DNA from: Spirochaetaceae bacterium
Lineage (GTDB): Bacteria; Spirochaetota; Spirochaetia; DSM-2461
Direction: 5' to 3'
DNA: 64,000 bases
NCBI GenBank assembly: GCA_051531975.1
Contig: JAOPTT010000005.1
Span: 64,001-128,000 of the forward strand
Numbering within the stretch: the stretch's first letter is position 1; each line of letters starts with the position of its first letter. The position numbers were made by a program, and so were the translations under genes. This document shows positions 19,288 through 28,958 of this stretch, one piece after another. The notes below the pieces were generated by a model. The model was not told the DNA's origin, did not search any database, and was given only the letters and a program-made list of their open reading frames with translations.

Positions 19288-20365
19288 AATGGATCTATTA
19301 AGTAGTACAATAGCTAATATAAAACCCATATCTAGTAGTCTATTATCTGAAGCTCAAGATAAACAGGATAACTTAACAAAACCAAGAGGTGCTTTTGGGC
19401 GTTTAGAAGATCTTTCTATTAAAATAGCTGGAATTCAGAATACTCTAACTCCAAAAATTAAGGATAAAGCTGTTCTTCTTTTTGGTGGAGATCATCTGAC
19501 TGTCCACGAAGAGGGCATCGCATCTGCTCCTATAGAAGTTACAGCACAGATGATGCAGAATTTTGTAGAATCTAAGGGTGCAGGGGTAAATGTTATAGCT
19601 GACTCTATTGGTGCAAGAGTAGTTGTCACCGATGTTGGTGTTGCAACAGAGTATCCAGTAGATCTGCCAATATATAAAAAATCTATCCAAAAAGGTGCTA
19701 ATAATATTTGTAAAGGGCCAGCAATGACTTTAGAGCAGGCAACTAGGTCTGTTGAAGTTGGAATAGAGGTACTATTAGATCAAAAAAAGAGAGGTTTAGA
19801 TATTATTGCAGTAGGTGAGATGGGTATAGGAAATACAACACCCTCTAGTGCAATCTTTTCTTTTATTACAGGACAGGATGTTGATCTTGTAACAGGACCT
19901 GGGGCTGGAATAATAGACCAGAAAATAATGAAAAAAAGAGAAGTTATTAAAAAGGCTCTACTGATAAATAAAATAGACCCGAATAATGGATTAGATATAT
20001 TGGCAAAAATTGGTGGGTTTGAAATCGGAGCTATGGCCGGTGCCATGATAGGAGCCGCTTCTGTACAGATACCAGTTATGGTAGATGGCTTTATTGCTAC
20101 AGCTGCCGCATTAATTGCAATTAAAATAACCCCAAGCATAGAACCATATCTGATTTCAGCTCATCACTCTGCAGAAACAGGATATAATAAAGTAATAGAT
20201 TTTCTACAGCAAAAACCTCTATTAGATCTTGGTATGAGGTTAGGGGAAGGTACAGGTGCCCTTTTAGGGATCTCTTTAGCTGAAGTTGCTGTAAATATAT
20301 TCAATAATATGACTACATTTACAGACGCAGAAGTAATAAAGGCAGAGGAGAGGAATACTCTATAA
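19280..20365 (+). CDS. cobT: Nicotinate-nucleotide:dimethylbenzimidazole phosphoribosyltransferase
   Basis: LTKP.G..GRLE, GEMGIGNTT, VDGFI and LGMRLGEGTGA motifs. Confidence 0.95.
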   Translation: MYKMDLLSSTIANIKPISSSLLSEAQDKQDNLTKPRGAFGRLEDLSIKIAGIQNTLTPKIKDKAVLLFGGDHLTVHEEGIASAPIEVTAQMMQNFVESKGAGVNVIADSIGARVVVTDVGVATEYPVDLPIYKKSIQKGANNICKGPAMTLEQATRSVEVGIEVLLDQKKRGLDIIAVGEMGIGNTTPSSAIFSFITGQDVDLVTGPGAGIIDQKIMKKREVIKKALLINKIDPNNGLDILAKIGGFEIGAMAGAMIGAASVQIPVMVDGFIATAAALIAIKITPSIEPYLISAHHSAETGYNKVIDFLQQKPLLDLGMRLGEGTGALLGISLAEVAVNIFNNMTTFTDAEVIKAEERNTL

Positions 20366-21120
20366 TGAAAAGATTATTATATGCATTTAGATTTTTAACC
20401 ATATTACCAATACCTTGGAAACAGGATGAAGATCTAAATAAAGTAGCAGGTAGTATTATATATTTTCCATTTGTAGGACTATCAATCGGGATTATTTTAT
20501 CTTCTATTATTTATATACTAAATCCACTAATTAGTCCTTTAGCTACAGCTTCAATTTCAGTTCTACTGTGGATATTATTTACTGGAGGATTACATTTAGA
20601 TGGTCTATCAGATCTTTTTGATGGCTTTGGTGGAGGAAACAGAGAAGATAGACTTAGAATAATGAAGGATAGTAACATTGGTGCATTTGGTGCCCTCTCA
20701 TTAATACTTCTAATAATTTTAAAAATAATATTTGTAAGAGAATTAATTATTACCGATAGTTCTAAATTATTATTCCCATTAATTTTAGCACCAACGTGGG
20801 GAAGACTAATGCAGCTTATAGTTATACGTTTCTTTAAATCTGCTAGACCTGATGGTATGGGAAACTTCTTTAAAAAGAGTATTAAAGAGTGGTATTGGAT
20901 AACACCATTGGTATTAACTTTAGGTTTAACAATTTATCTGTTATCGCCTTTATCTATACTTTTTATATTACCACTAATATTAATATTAATTCTCTTTTCT
21001 ATCTCAGTATCAAAAAAACTAGAGGGTTTAACAGGTGATTGTTACGGTGCAATTTGTGAAATTACAGAGCTACTATTTATAGTTCTATATTTTATAATTT
21101 ACAGGAGTCATCTTGGATAA
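20365..21120 (+). CDS. cobS: Adenosylcobinamide-GDP ribazoletransferase (cobalamin synthase)
   Basis: FLTILP, TGGLHLDGLSD..DG, IMKDS.IGAFG and GLTGDCYGA motifs. Confidence 0.95.
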   Translation: MKRLLYAFRFLTILPIPWKQDEDLNKVAGSIIYFPFVGLSIGIILSSIIYILNPLISPLATASISVLLWILFTGGLHLDGLSDLFDGFGGGNREDRLRIMKDSNIGAFGALSLILLIILKIIFVRELIITDSSKLLFPLILAPTWGRLMQLIVIRFFKSARPDGMGNFFKKSIKEWYWITPLVLTLGLTIYLLSPLSILFILPLILILILFSISVSKKLEGLTGDCYGAICEITELLFIVLYFIIYRSHLG

Positions 21121-21187
21121 AACTCGTCTAATAAAATCTCAACTAATGAATTTGTCTTTATTCTTATCTCCAAGAAAATGCCTATGA
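21113..21187 (+). other. 24-codon mini-ORF bridging cobS and cbiA (possible deletion scar)
   Basis: AGGAG at 21103-21107, TTG at 21113, MDKTRLIKSQLMNLSLFLSPRKCL*. Its TGA overlaps the cbiA ATG (ATGA). Confidence 0.4.
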
Positions 21188-22542
21188 AAAGGATTTTAAT
21201 AGCAGGTACAAAAAGTGGGGTAGGTAAAACCACTGTTTCCATGGGAATTATGGCTGCATTATCCAAAAAAATGAATGTTCAACCATACAAAGTTGGTCCC
21301 GATTATATAGATTCCGCATATCATTCTTATATAACTGGTAATATTTGTAGTAATTTAGATTCATATCTTCTAGATAAGCAGATGATCGAGTATTTATTTG
21401 TCAAAAACAGTAGAAATAAAGATATAGCTATTATAGAAGGAGTAATGGGACTTTTTGATGGAGCTGAGATAAAAAGTGATATTGGAACCAGTGCATCTAT
21501 TGCAAAGATCCTAAATACTCCAATTATTTTAGTAGTGGATGGTAGTGGTGTTGCATCATCTATTGCGGCCACAATAAAAGGTTTTGAAGTTTTTGATCCA
21601 GATACTAAAATTACTGGAGTTATTATTAATAACGTAGGTAGTAGACAACATTATGAACTCTTAAAAAGTGCAATAGAGTATCATACCACTGTTATACCTT
21701 GTGGTTACCTAATAAGGGATAGTGTTATTAGTCTACCAGAAAGACATTTAGGTCTGGTACCTGCCTGTGAGCAGATAGAACTTGAAACTACATTTAAAAC
21801 TTTAGCCAATCAGGTTGAGTCTACTATCGACTTAGATAAAATAATTAAACTCTCGGAATCTACAGTCCTTACAGATTTCCCACTGTTTGAATTAAAAAAA
21901 GAGAACCCAATATCACTTAGAGTAGCAATTGCAAAGGATAGTGCGTTCAACTTTTATTACCAAGATAGTTTAGATATATTATCTGAAATGTATAATATTA
22001 TGTGGATACCTTATAGTCCTATTAGTGACAGAGAACTACCTAAAAATATTCATGGTTTATATCTTGGTGGTGGATTCCCTGAAGTTTTTGCCAAAGAGAT
22101 TTCAGAAAACAGAGAGATGAAATCTTCACTATTAAAAAATCTTAATAATGGCCTACCCTATATTGCAGAATGTGGAGGTCTAATGTATTTAGGTGAAACA
22201 TTAATAGATTTGCATGGATTAGAGTACTCAATGGTAGGGTGGTTTAAAGGTTATAGTAAAATGACACAAAAACTACAACGTTTTGGTTATGCGTCATTAA
22301 CTCAAAATAATAACACAATTAAAATACATGAATTCCATAGGTCAGAATCTTTTTTTAATGAAAAAACAGTATATAAATTAGAAAAAAGAAGAGAGAATAA
22401 AGTAATACAAAGTTGGAATTGTGGCTATACTAAAGGCGCTGGCATTGCTGGTTATGCCCACTTTCACTTTGGAAGTAATCTGACATTTGCCAATGACTTT
22501 GTTAATAAGTGTTTAGAGTATAAAAAAGTGAATAAGAGCTAA
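21184..22542 (+). CDS. cbiA: Cobyrinate a,c-diamide synthase
   Basis: SGVGKTT, KVGPDYID, IEGVMGLFDG, LPERHLGL, AFNFYY and AECGGLMYL motifs. Confidence 0.95.
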   Translation: MKRILIAGTKSGVGKTTVSMGIMAALSKKMNVQPYKVGPDYIDSAYHSYITGNICSNLDSYLLDKQMIEYLFVKNSRNKDIAIIEGVMGLFDGAEIKSDIGTSASIAKILNTPIILVVDGSGVASSIAATIKGFEVFDPDTKITGVIINNVGSRQHYELLKSAIEYHTTVIPCGYLIRDSVISLPERHLGLVPACEQIELETTFKTLANQVESTIDLDKIIKLSESTVLTDFPLFELKKENPISLRVAIAKDSAFNFYYQDSLDILSEMYNIMWIPYSPISDRELPKNIHGLYLGGGFPEVFAKEISENREMKSSLLKNLNNGLPYIAECGGLMYLGETLIDLHGLEYSMVGWFKGYSKMTQKLQRFGYASLTQNNNTIKIHEFHRSESFFNEKTVYKLEKRRENKVIQSWNCGYTKGAGIAGYAHFHFGSNLTFANDFVNKCLEYKKVNKS

Positions 22543-22573
22543 AGAACAGTTAATTGATATATAGGAGAATTAA

Positions 22574-23107
22574 ATGGAAATAGATAGAGGTATAATTTTA
22601 GTAAATACAGGAAATGGTAAAGGTAAAAGTACAGCAGCATTTGGAACTGCCTTTAGAGCTTTAGGCCAAGGTTTTACTGTTGCCATTATTCAATTCATTA
22701 AAGGTAAATGGAAAACAGGAGAGATGGAAACATTTAAACTCTTTGATAATTTAACCCATATAATTTCAGGTGAAGGATTTACTTGGAACTCAGAAGATTT
22801 ACAAAAGGATAAAGATGCAGCTATAAAAGGTTGGAACATAGCAAAGGATATAATATTAGGTAAAGCAGATAAAGATTATCAGCTCATAGTATTAGATGAG
22901 CTTAATATTGCCCTTGATTTGAAGTTTGTGGATATAGATGACGTTTTAGAAGTACTAAAAAATAAACCAGACACTCTTAATATAATTATAACAGGTAGAA
23001 ATGCTCCTAAAGAGATAATTGAAATTGCAGACACTGTTACAAATATGACTCCAATAAAACATGCTTATGAACGTGGAATTAAAGCACAAAAAGGAATTGA
23101 GTTTTAA
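22574..23107 (+). CDS. cobO: Cob(I)yrinic acid a,c-diamide adenosyltransferase
   Basis: TGNGKGKSTAAFG, QFIKG, LDE, TGR, and KH...G..AQKGIEF motifs. Confidence 0.95.
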   Translation: MEIDRGIILVNTGNGKGKSTAAFGTAFRALGQGFTVAIIQFIKGKWKTGEMETFKLFDNLTHIISGEGFTWNSEDLQKDKDAAIKGWNIAKDIILGKADKDYQLIVLDELNIALDLKFVDIDDVLEVLKNKPDTLNIIITGRNAPKEIIEIADTVTNMTPIKHAYERGIKAQKGIEF

Positions 23108-24594
23108 TGGGAAAATCCTTAATGATTATGGGGACAGCATCCTCAGTTGGTAAATCTGTTGTAACAACAGGACTGTGTAGACTCTTTTACAGAGAAGGGT
23201 ACAATGTTAATCCATTTAAATCTCAAAACATGGCTCTTAACTCTTTTATTACAGTTGATGGACACGAAATGGGTCGGGCACAGGTTGTACAGGCAGAAGC
23301 AGCTTGTAAAATACCAAATGTTAAAATGAATCCTATATTAATAAAACCATCTTCGGATGTAGATTCTCAAGTGATTGTAAATGGTAAAATTTTAGAGAAC
23401 ATGAATGCAGCCCAGTATCATAAACATAAACCAGAACTAAAAGAGCTGGTAAGAAAGTGTTACAAAGAATTAGAAGATGAATCCGACTTAGTCATTTTAG
23501 AGGGTGCTGGAAGTCCAGCAGAGATCAACCTAAGAGAAGGGGACTTGGTAAATATGGGAATGGCGGAAATATCAGATTCCCCAGTGCTCCTTGTTGGAGA
23601 TATTGATAAGGGTGGTGTTTTTGCATCTTTGTATGGAACGATAATGTTATTACAACCGGAAGAAAGAGCTAGAATTAAGGGTGTTATTATTAATAAGTTC
23701 CGGGGGGATGTTAAACTTTTAGAACCTGGACTAAAAATGTTAGAGGATTTAATACACATTCCTGTATTAGGGGTTATCCCTTGGAATAACATCGATATTG
23801 AAGATGAAGATAGTTTAACTGAACGTTTTAATATTAGCCAACAAAATGGATGTATCGACATTGCTATTTTACAGTACCCACATATGTCCAATTATACTGA
23901 CTTTACAATTTTAGAAGCTGTTTCAGATATTAATGTTAGGTATATATCAGGTGGCGAATCTATAGGTAATACTGATATCATAATCATCCCTGGTTCAAAA
24001 AGTGTAATATCAGACTTTCAGTTTTTAAAAAACTGTGGGTGGGATCAGGAAATATATAGACATAACAGAGAGCATAAACCGGTTATTGGTATTTGTGGTG
24101 GATATCAGATGTTAGGTAACAGAATAGAGGACCCAGACAACGTTGAAGGTAGTGTAAAAGGTATTAATGGTTTAGGTCTACTAAATATGACTACAACCTT
24201 TTTAAATAATAAATGTACAACTCAATCCAAAGGTGTAATTAATAAACTTGAAGGTGAATGGAATTGTATCTCTGGTTTTGAGGTAGAAGGATACGAGATA
24301 CATATGGGGGTAACGGAAAGTAAAGAGATTCCATTAATAACTAATGTGGATAAAAGCTCTGACGGTTCAATAAAAGATAATGTTATTGGTTCATACTTTC
24401 ATGGAATTTTTGATAATAGAGAATTTTTATCCTCTTTAGTTAATAAGATTAAAACAGATAAAGGAATAGAACATAATAACGATCAGGTTATGGATTTTAA
24501 AGTATATAAAGACAATGAGTTTAATAAACTTGCAGATCTATATAACAAATGTCTAGATATGAAAGCTATAAAAGGGATTATATCTAAGTGGTAA
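23107..24594 (+). CDS. cobQ: Cobyric acid synthase
   Basis: GTASSVGKS, PFKSQNMALNS, EGAGSPAEINL, GICGGYQMLG and GYEIH motifs. Confidence 0.95.
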   Translation: MGKSLMIMGTASSVGKSVVTTGLCRLFYREGYNVNPFKSQNMALNSFITVDGHEMGRAQVVQAEAACKIPNVKMNPILIKPSSDVDSQVIVNGKILENMNAAQYHKHKPELKELVRKCYKELEDESDLVILEGAGSPAEINLREGDLVNMGMAEISDSPVLLVGDIDKGGVFASLYGTIMLLQPEERARIKGVIINKFRGDVKLLEPGLKMLEDLIHIPVLGVIPWNNIDIEDEDSLTERFNISQQNGCIDIAILQYPHMSNYTDFTILEAVSDINVRYISGGESIGNTDIIIIPGSKSVISDFQFLKNCGWDQEIYRHNREHKPVIGICGGYQMLGNRIEDPDNVEGSVKGINGLGLLNMTTTFLNNKCTTQSKGVINKLEGEWNCISGFEVEGYEIHMGVTESKEIPLITNVDKSSDGSIKDNVIGSYFHGIFDNREFLSSLVNKIKTDKGIEHNNDQVMDFKVYKDNEFNKLADLYNKCLDMKAIKGIISKW

Positions 24595-25529
24595 TTCCAT
24601 TAACAATTGGTTATATTCTAGATCTTTTAATAGGTGACCCACACTGGTTACCCCATCCAATTAGGTTTATAGGTACTTTAATTAACAAATTAGAATCTTT
24701 GCTCAGAAAAAAAGAGAGATATCTGAAATTTAAAGGCCTAATTCTTTTAATTTTAACCTCTGGAATAAGCTTTTTAACTGTCTTTATAATTTTATATCTT
24801 TTAGAGAAAGTAAACATTTATATAGCAGACATAGTATGTGCTTTTATCATATTCCAGATACTGGCTACCAAAAGTCTATTTACCGAAACTAATAAAGTTT
24901 ATAAAGCTCTACTAGCCAATGACTTGGATCTTGCCAAAAAACAGTTGTCGTATTTAGTATCAAGAGATTGTGAAAGTATGAATAAGACTGATGTAATTCG
25001 TTCAACCATAGAGACCATTTCAGAAAATATTGTAGATGGTATTACATCACCTCTGTTTTATATCTTAATAGGTGGTGCACCATTAGGGATGTTTTACAAA
25101 GCAGTGAATACATTAGATTCAATGGTTGGCTATAAAAATGACAAATATATGGACTTTGGTTATTTCTCAGCTAAGTTTGACGATTTTGTTAACTATGTTC
25201 CTGCTAGAATCAGTTCAATCATAATAATATTCTCATCATTTTTATTAGGATTGGATTTTAAATTAGCTTTTAAAACATTAATAAAAGATAGAAGAAACCA
25301 TAGTAGTCCCAACAGTGGTTACGCTGAAGCTCCAGTAGCTGGAGCATTAGGAATACAATTAGGTGGAAAAGTCTCATATTTTGGTGTAATACATAATAAA
25401 CCAACTATGGGTCTAGATGTTAATGAACCAGAAAACATAGATATTAGAAAAACACACAAGATTATGTTTTTAACATCTCTTATATTTTTTAGTCTCTGTA
25501 TTGGAGTTTCACTTTTATGGAAAAATTAA
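24588..25529 (+). CDS. cbiB: Adenosylcobinamide-phosphate synthase
   Basis: GDP..LPHP, VSRD, ENIVDG, YKAVNTLDSMVGYK and HSSPNSGYAEA motifs. Confidence 0.95.
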   Translation: MVIPLTIGYILDLLIGDPHWLPHPIRFIGTLINKLESLLRKKERYLKFKGLILLILTSGISFLTVFIILYLLEKVNIYIADIVCAFIIFQILATKSLFTETNKVYKALLANDLDLAKKQLSYLVSRDCESMNKTDVIRSTIETISENIVDGITSPLFYILIGGAPLGMFYKAVNTLDSMVGYKNDKYMDFGYFSAKFDDFVNYVPARISSIIIIFSSFLLGLDFKLAFKTLIKDRRNHSSPNSGYAEAPVAGALGIQLGGKVSYFGVIHNKPTMGLDVNEPENIDIRKTHKIMFLTSLIFFSLCIGVSLLWKN

Positions 25530-26563
25530 AAGATTTTACCCATGGTGGTAATGTACATAAAGCATCTATAAATAATAAAATTTCAAAACATAAAATTCTG
25601 GACTTTAGTGCAAACATAAACCCATTAGGATTAAGCCCAAAAGGCTTAAGTAGCATAAAAAATGGAGTTAGAAATATTCTTAACTATCCAGATCCAGAGT
25701 ATATTGAACTAAGACAATCTTTAGCTGGTTATTACAATGTAGATATAGATCATTTAATCCCAGGTAATGGTGCTATAGAACTGATCTATAGCTATGTAAA
25801 AAACAGAGAGGTTGGTACCGCTTTAATTCCAGCTCCTGGATTTGTAGAGTACGAAAAGGCCCTTTTAAGTTATGGTTGGGAGGTTCTATATTATACAAAT
25901 AAAGATGAAATAAATACTACCAACGTAGATGTTATATTTATATGTAATCCTAATAACCCAACGGGATCTTCTTATTCTGAAAGCTACTTAACAGAATTAT
26001 TAAATAGATGTAGTAATAATAATACAGACCTGTTTTTAGATGAAGCATTTATAGAGTTTTCAAGTTATAAATCAATGTCATCCTATTTACACAAGTTTAA
26101 TAACCTATTTATTCTTAAATCTTTAACTAAGTTTTTTGCTATACCTGGCTTACGTTTAGGTGCACTATTAACATCGAATAAAACCTTCAAAGATAGTTTT
26201 AATAAAATTATAATTCCTTGGAGTATCAACTCTGTTGCACAGGATTATATAACAAGTGCAATTAAAGATAACAGATATATTAATAAATCTAAGTACTATA
26301 TAAAAAGAGAGCGTATATGGTTATTTAAACAATTAACTAACATTCCTAATCTTAAAGTATTTAGAACTCAAGGCAATTTTATGGTATTTAAAATTGATCT
26401 AGACATAGACCTTTGTTCAGTATTAATTAGTAAAGGAATATTAATAAGAAGTTGTTTTAATTATAATAGTTTAGATTCCTCCTACTATCGTATTGCAATA
26501 AAGAGACATGGTCAAAATAAAGTTCTACTTAGAAGTCTAAAAAAGGTTTTTACTAGTGGTTGA
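25517..26563 (+). CDS. cobD: Threonine-phosphate decarboxylase
   Basis: HGGN, DFSANINPLG, CNPNNPTG, DEAF and SLTKFFAIPGLRLG (PLP lysine) motifs. Confidence 0.92.
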   Translation: MEKLKDFTHGGNVHKASINNKISKHKILDFSANINPLGLSPKGLSSIKNGVRNILNYPDPEYIELRQSLAGYYNVDIDHLIPGNGAIELIYSYVKNREVGTALIPAPGFVEYEKALLSYGWEVLYYTNKDEINTTNVDVIFICNPNNPTGSSYSESYLTELLNRCSNNNTDLFLDEAFIEFSSYKSMSSYLHKFNNLFILKSLTKFFAIPGLRLGALLTSNKTFKDSFNKIIIPWSINSVAQDYITSAIKDNRYINKSKYYIKRERIWLFKQLTNIPNLKVFRTQGNFMVFKIDLDIDLCSVLISKGILIRSCFNYNSLDSSYYRIAIKRHGQNKVLLRSLKKVFTSG

Positions 26564-26694
26564 ATTATGTAGTTATATTGTTATTACACATGGTGCTATA
26601 ATTACCCTATTACTTTCTATCGTAAATAATTGGGAATATTTCCCAAGGAAATGATACTTTAGCGAATTGCTCTATTAATAGAATAAATCTTTAG
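26556..26694 (+). pseudogene. Frameshifted, internally deleted histidine-phosphatase (cobC-like) remnant
   Basis: GTG overlaps the cobD end and reads MVELCSYIVITHGAIITLLLSIVN. After a +1 frameshift it reads GNISQGNDTLANCSINRINL*. Both pieces resemble the C-terminal VxTHG..I and NxSI motifs of histidine phosphatases. Confidence 0.55.
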
Positions 26695-26831
26695 TATTTA
26701 TATTATTATTGTTGTTGCAAAACAGCTAACTAGACAATATAATTCGTATATACAATAATATTAAATATTATTTCATAAAGTTCTAAAATTAATTAACATA
26801 AATGTTTGAATAATGACTATGGGGAGCTTAT

Positions 26832-28661
26832 ATGAAAATAAAATCTAAACTTTTAATTTTAATACTTAGTATGGTAACAGCAATCATCGTATCATTAGGT
26901 GTTAATGTTTTTTCTCAGAATTTTGTGAGAACAATGCAAGCTGAAAATAATGAATTAATTATTCTTAAAGACTTAATGACAGAGCAAAATATCCAACTTT
27001 CAAAACTATTAAATAATAAAACTCCATTTTTAGTTCAGTCTGAAGTTTTTAATGATCTTGTTGCACAGTCAACAGTACAGTTAGAAATAGTCCGAAACTT
27101 AAAAATTCTGCCTTCATTAAATAGTAAAACTTCAGATGCCTTTGATTCTATTGGGCGTTTAGATGCACTTCTTCATACAGCATATCAAAAGTTTGCTGAG
27201 GAATCCGATGAATACAAAGTCCTATTTGATAAGGGAGACGGCTCATTTTCAGTTAGTAATTTAGACGTTTATAAGAGACGAGAAAACTATACAAAGTTAT
27301 TATTATCTTCATTTAATGTTACAAAAGCTGGTTTTGGTGTAGAACTTGGGTTAGATGCTGCAAGAGATATTTTAGCATCCCAAGATGCTGTTGTAGACGC
27401 AGTAATTAAAAGTTATGAATTTTTAGCATTAATTATATCTATGGGTGTCGCAGCCATATTTATAATAATATCAGTCACATTTGCTCTTATTATTACAAAG
27501 CAGATTACTTCTTCTATTAACAATGTAGGAGACGGTCTTTCTATAATGTGTACAGGAGATTTTACTAGTAAGATCCTTGTTAACTCTAAAGATGAACTTG
27601 GAGTCCTAAGCAGCCAAATAAATGAATTCCAGAATGATATGAATAACGCTTTAAATAAAATTAAACAATCATCAACAGAGAATGAAGACGCTAATATTGG
27701 ATTAATAGAGACTACTTCAGACGCATCAACTGTTACTGTACAAATAGCAGCTAATATTGATTCTATTAACGATCAAATGGAAAAATTAGATGAAACAATA
27801 ACTGTTTCTAATAAAGAGACTCAGGATATATCAGATTTTACTCAGGAATTAAATAGCTATACATCGGATCAGATGGCAATGGTTGAGGAATCAACAGCTT
27901 CTATAACAGAAATGATTGCATCAATAGGTAACATTGCTAATTTAACTCATAGAAATGAAGATACTATTAAAATTTTAGAAGCTACTGCAAAAGAGGGTGA
28001 TAATAAACTTTCAATAACTACTGATTTAATAGAAGAGATTAACTCTAGTGTTAACGAGATAAATAGTATGACTGAAATTATACAAAGTATATCTGATCAG
28101 ACGAACTTATTAGCAATGAATGCAGCTATAGAAGCCGCTCATGCAGGGGATGCAGGTAAGGGCTTTGCTGTTGTTGCAGATGAGATTCGTAAGCTAGCAG
28201 AAGCTTCAGCTATGAATAGCCAAGATATAACTAAAAACTTAAAAGAGATCACAACAAAATTTGAATCTGCACAAAAATCTGGTGAGAGTACCAGAGATGC
28301 TTTTTCAGATATAAACGAGAAGATTATCAATGTATCTAGGGCTTTAATGGTTATCACTTCTAGTACTTCAGAGTTAAATATTGGAGGTTCCCAAATCCTT
28401 GAAGCGATGGAGAGTTTAAAGGATATTTCTATCCAAGTTCAAGACAAAGCTCAGGATATGACAACTAAAGCAAATAATGTTACATCGTTATCTGGTAATG
28501 TTTCAGATATATCAAGAAGTGTAACAGAAGCAATATCAGAAGCTAATGTAGGTTTTGCAGGGGTAACTAACTCTATGAGTGGTTTAAAGGATGTATCAGA
28601 TAAAGTTGGAGTTGTGAGTAATCAGATTAATGATGAAATAAATAAGTTTAATACTATTTAA
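26832..28661 (+). CDS. Methyl-accepting chemotaxis protein
   Basis: Two TM helices, HAMP (SKDELG), and signalling hairpin [35 protein letters not shown]. Confidence 0.95.
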   Translation: MKIKSKLLILILSMVTAIIVSLGVNVFSQNFVRTMQAENNELIILKDLMTEQNIQLSKLLNNKTPFLVQSEVFNDLVAQSTVQLEIVRNLKILPSLNSKTSDAFDSIGRLDALLHTAYQKFAEESDEYKVLFDKGDGSFSVSNLDVYKRRENYTKLLLSSFNVTKAGFGVELGLDAARDILASQDAVVDAVIKSYEFLALIISMGVAAIFIIISVTFALIITKQITSSINNVGDGLSIMCTGDFTSKILVNSKDELGVLSSQINEFQNDMNNALNKIKQSSTENEDANIGLIETTSDASTVTVQIAANIDSINDQMEKLDETITVSNKETQDISDFTQELNSYTSDQMAMVEESTASITEMIASIGNIANLTHRNEDTIKILEATAKEGDNKLSITTDLIEEINSSVNEINSMTEIIQSISDQTNLLAMNAAIEAAHAGDAGKGFAVVADEIRKLAEASAMNSQDITKNLKEITTKFESAQKSGESTRDAFSDINEKIINVSRALMVITSSTSELNIGGSQILEAMESLKDISIQVQDKAQDMTTKANNVTSLSGNVSDISRSVTEAISEANVGFAGVTNSMSGLKDVSDKVGVVSNQINDEINKFNTI

Positions 28662-28680
28662 TTTTTTTAATATCTATATA

Positions 28681-28958
28681 AAGAAAAACCCGAACTACAA
28701 GTTCGGTTTTTTTATGCTTAAGACTTAATGGATGTTATACATCCCTTAATCTATATTACACGGTTTCCCCTAATATCTTATAGAAGTCCCATCATCTTTT
28801 AACATATACTGATATACTTTAACAATTATAAAAAGAAAAACCCGAACTATAAATTCGGGTTTTTTTATGCTAAAGAATTAAAGGATGTTAAACATCCCTT
28901 AATCTATATTACATGATTTCTCCCATTTTCTTATAGAAGTCCCATCGTCTTTTAGCAT
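28681..28958. repeat. Imperfect tandem duplication (~125 bp unit, offset 152 bp) of the PFOR 3' end and its terminator
   Basis: 28681-28805 aligns with 28833-28958 over AAGAAAAACCCGAACTA...TTCGG..TTTTTTATGCT...GGATGTTA.ACATCCCTTAATCTATATTACA...TTATAGAAGTCCCATC. Confidence 0.9.
28836..28866. terminator. Bidirectional Rho-independent terminator (duplicated copy at 28684-28713)
   Basis: AAAAACCCGAA-CTATAAA-TTCGGGTTTTTTT. Confidence 0.8.

Noticed and set aside
26630..26646. Palindrome TTGGGAA-TAT-TTCCCAA as an operator for the MCP gene
   Set aside because: Lies within the putative cobC remnant, was seen only once in the window and has no U-tract; cannot be supported.
28681..28958. Repeat pair considered as a CRISPR array
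   Set aside because: Only two long degenerate copies derived from a gene end and terminator; no spacer structure and no cas genes.
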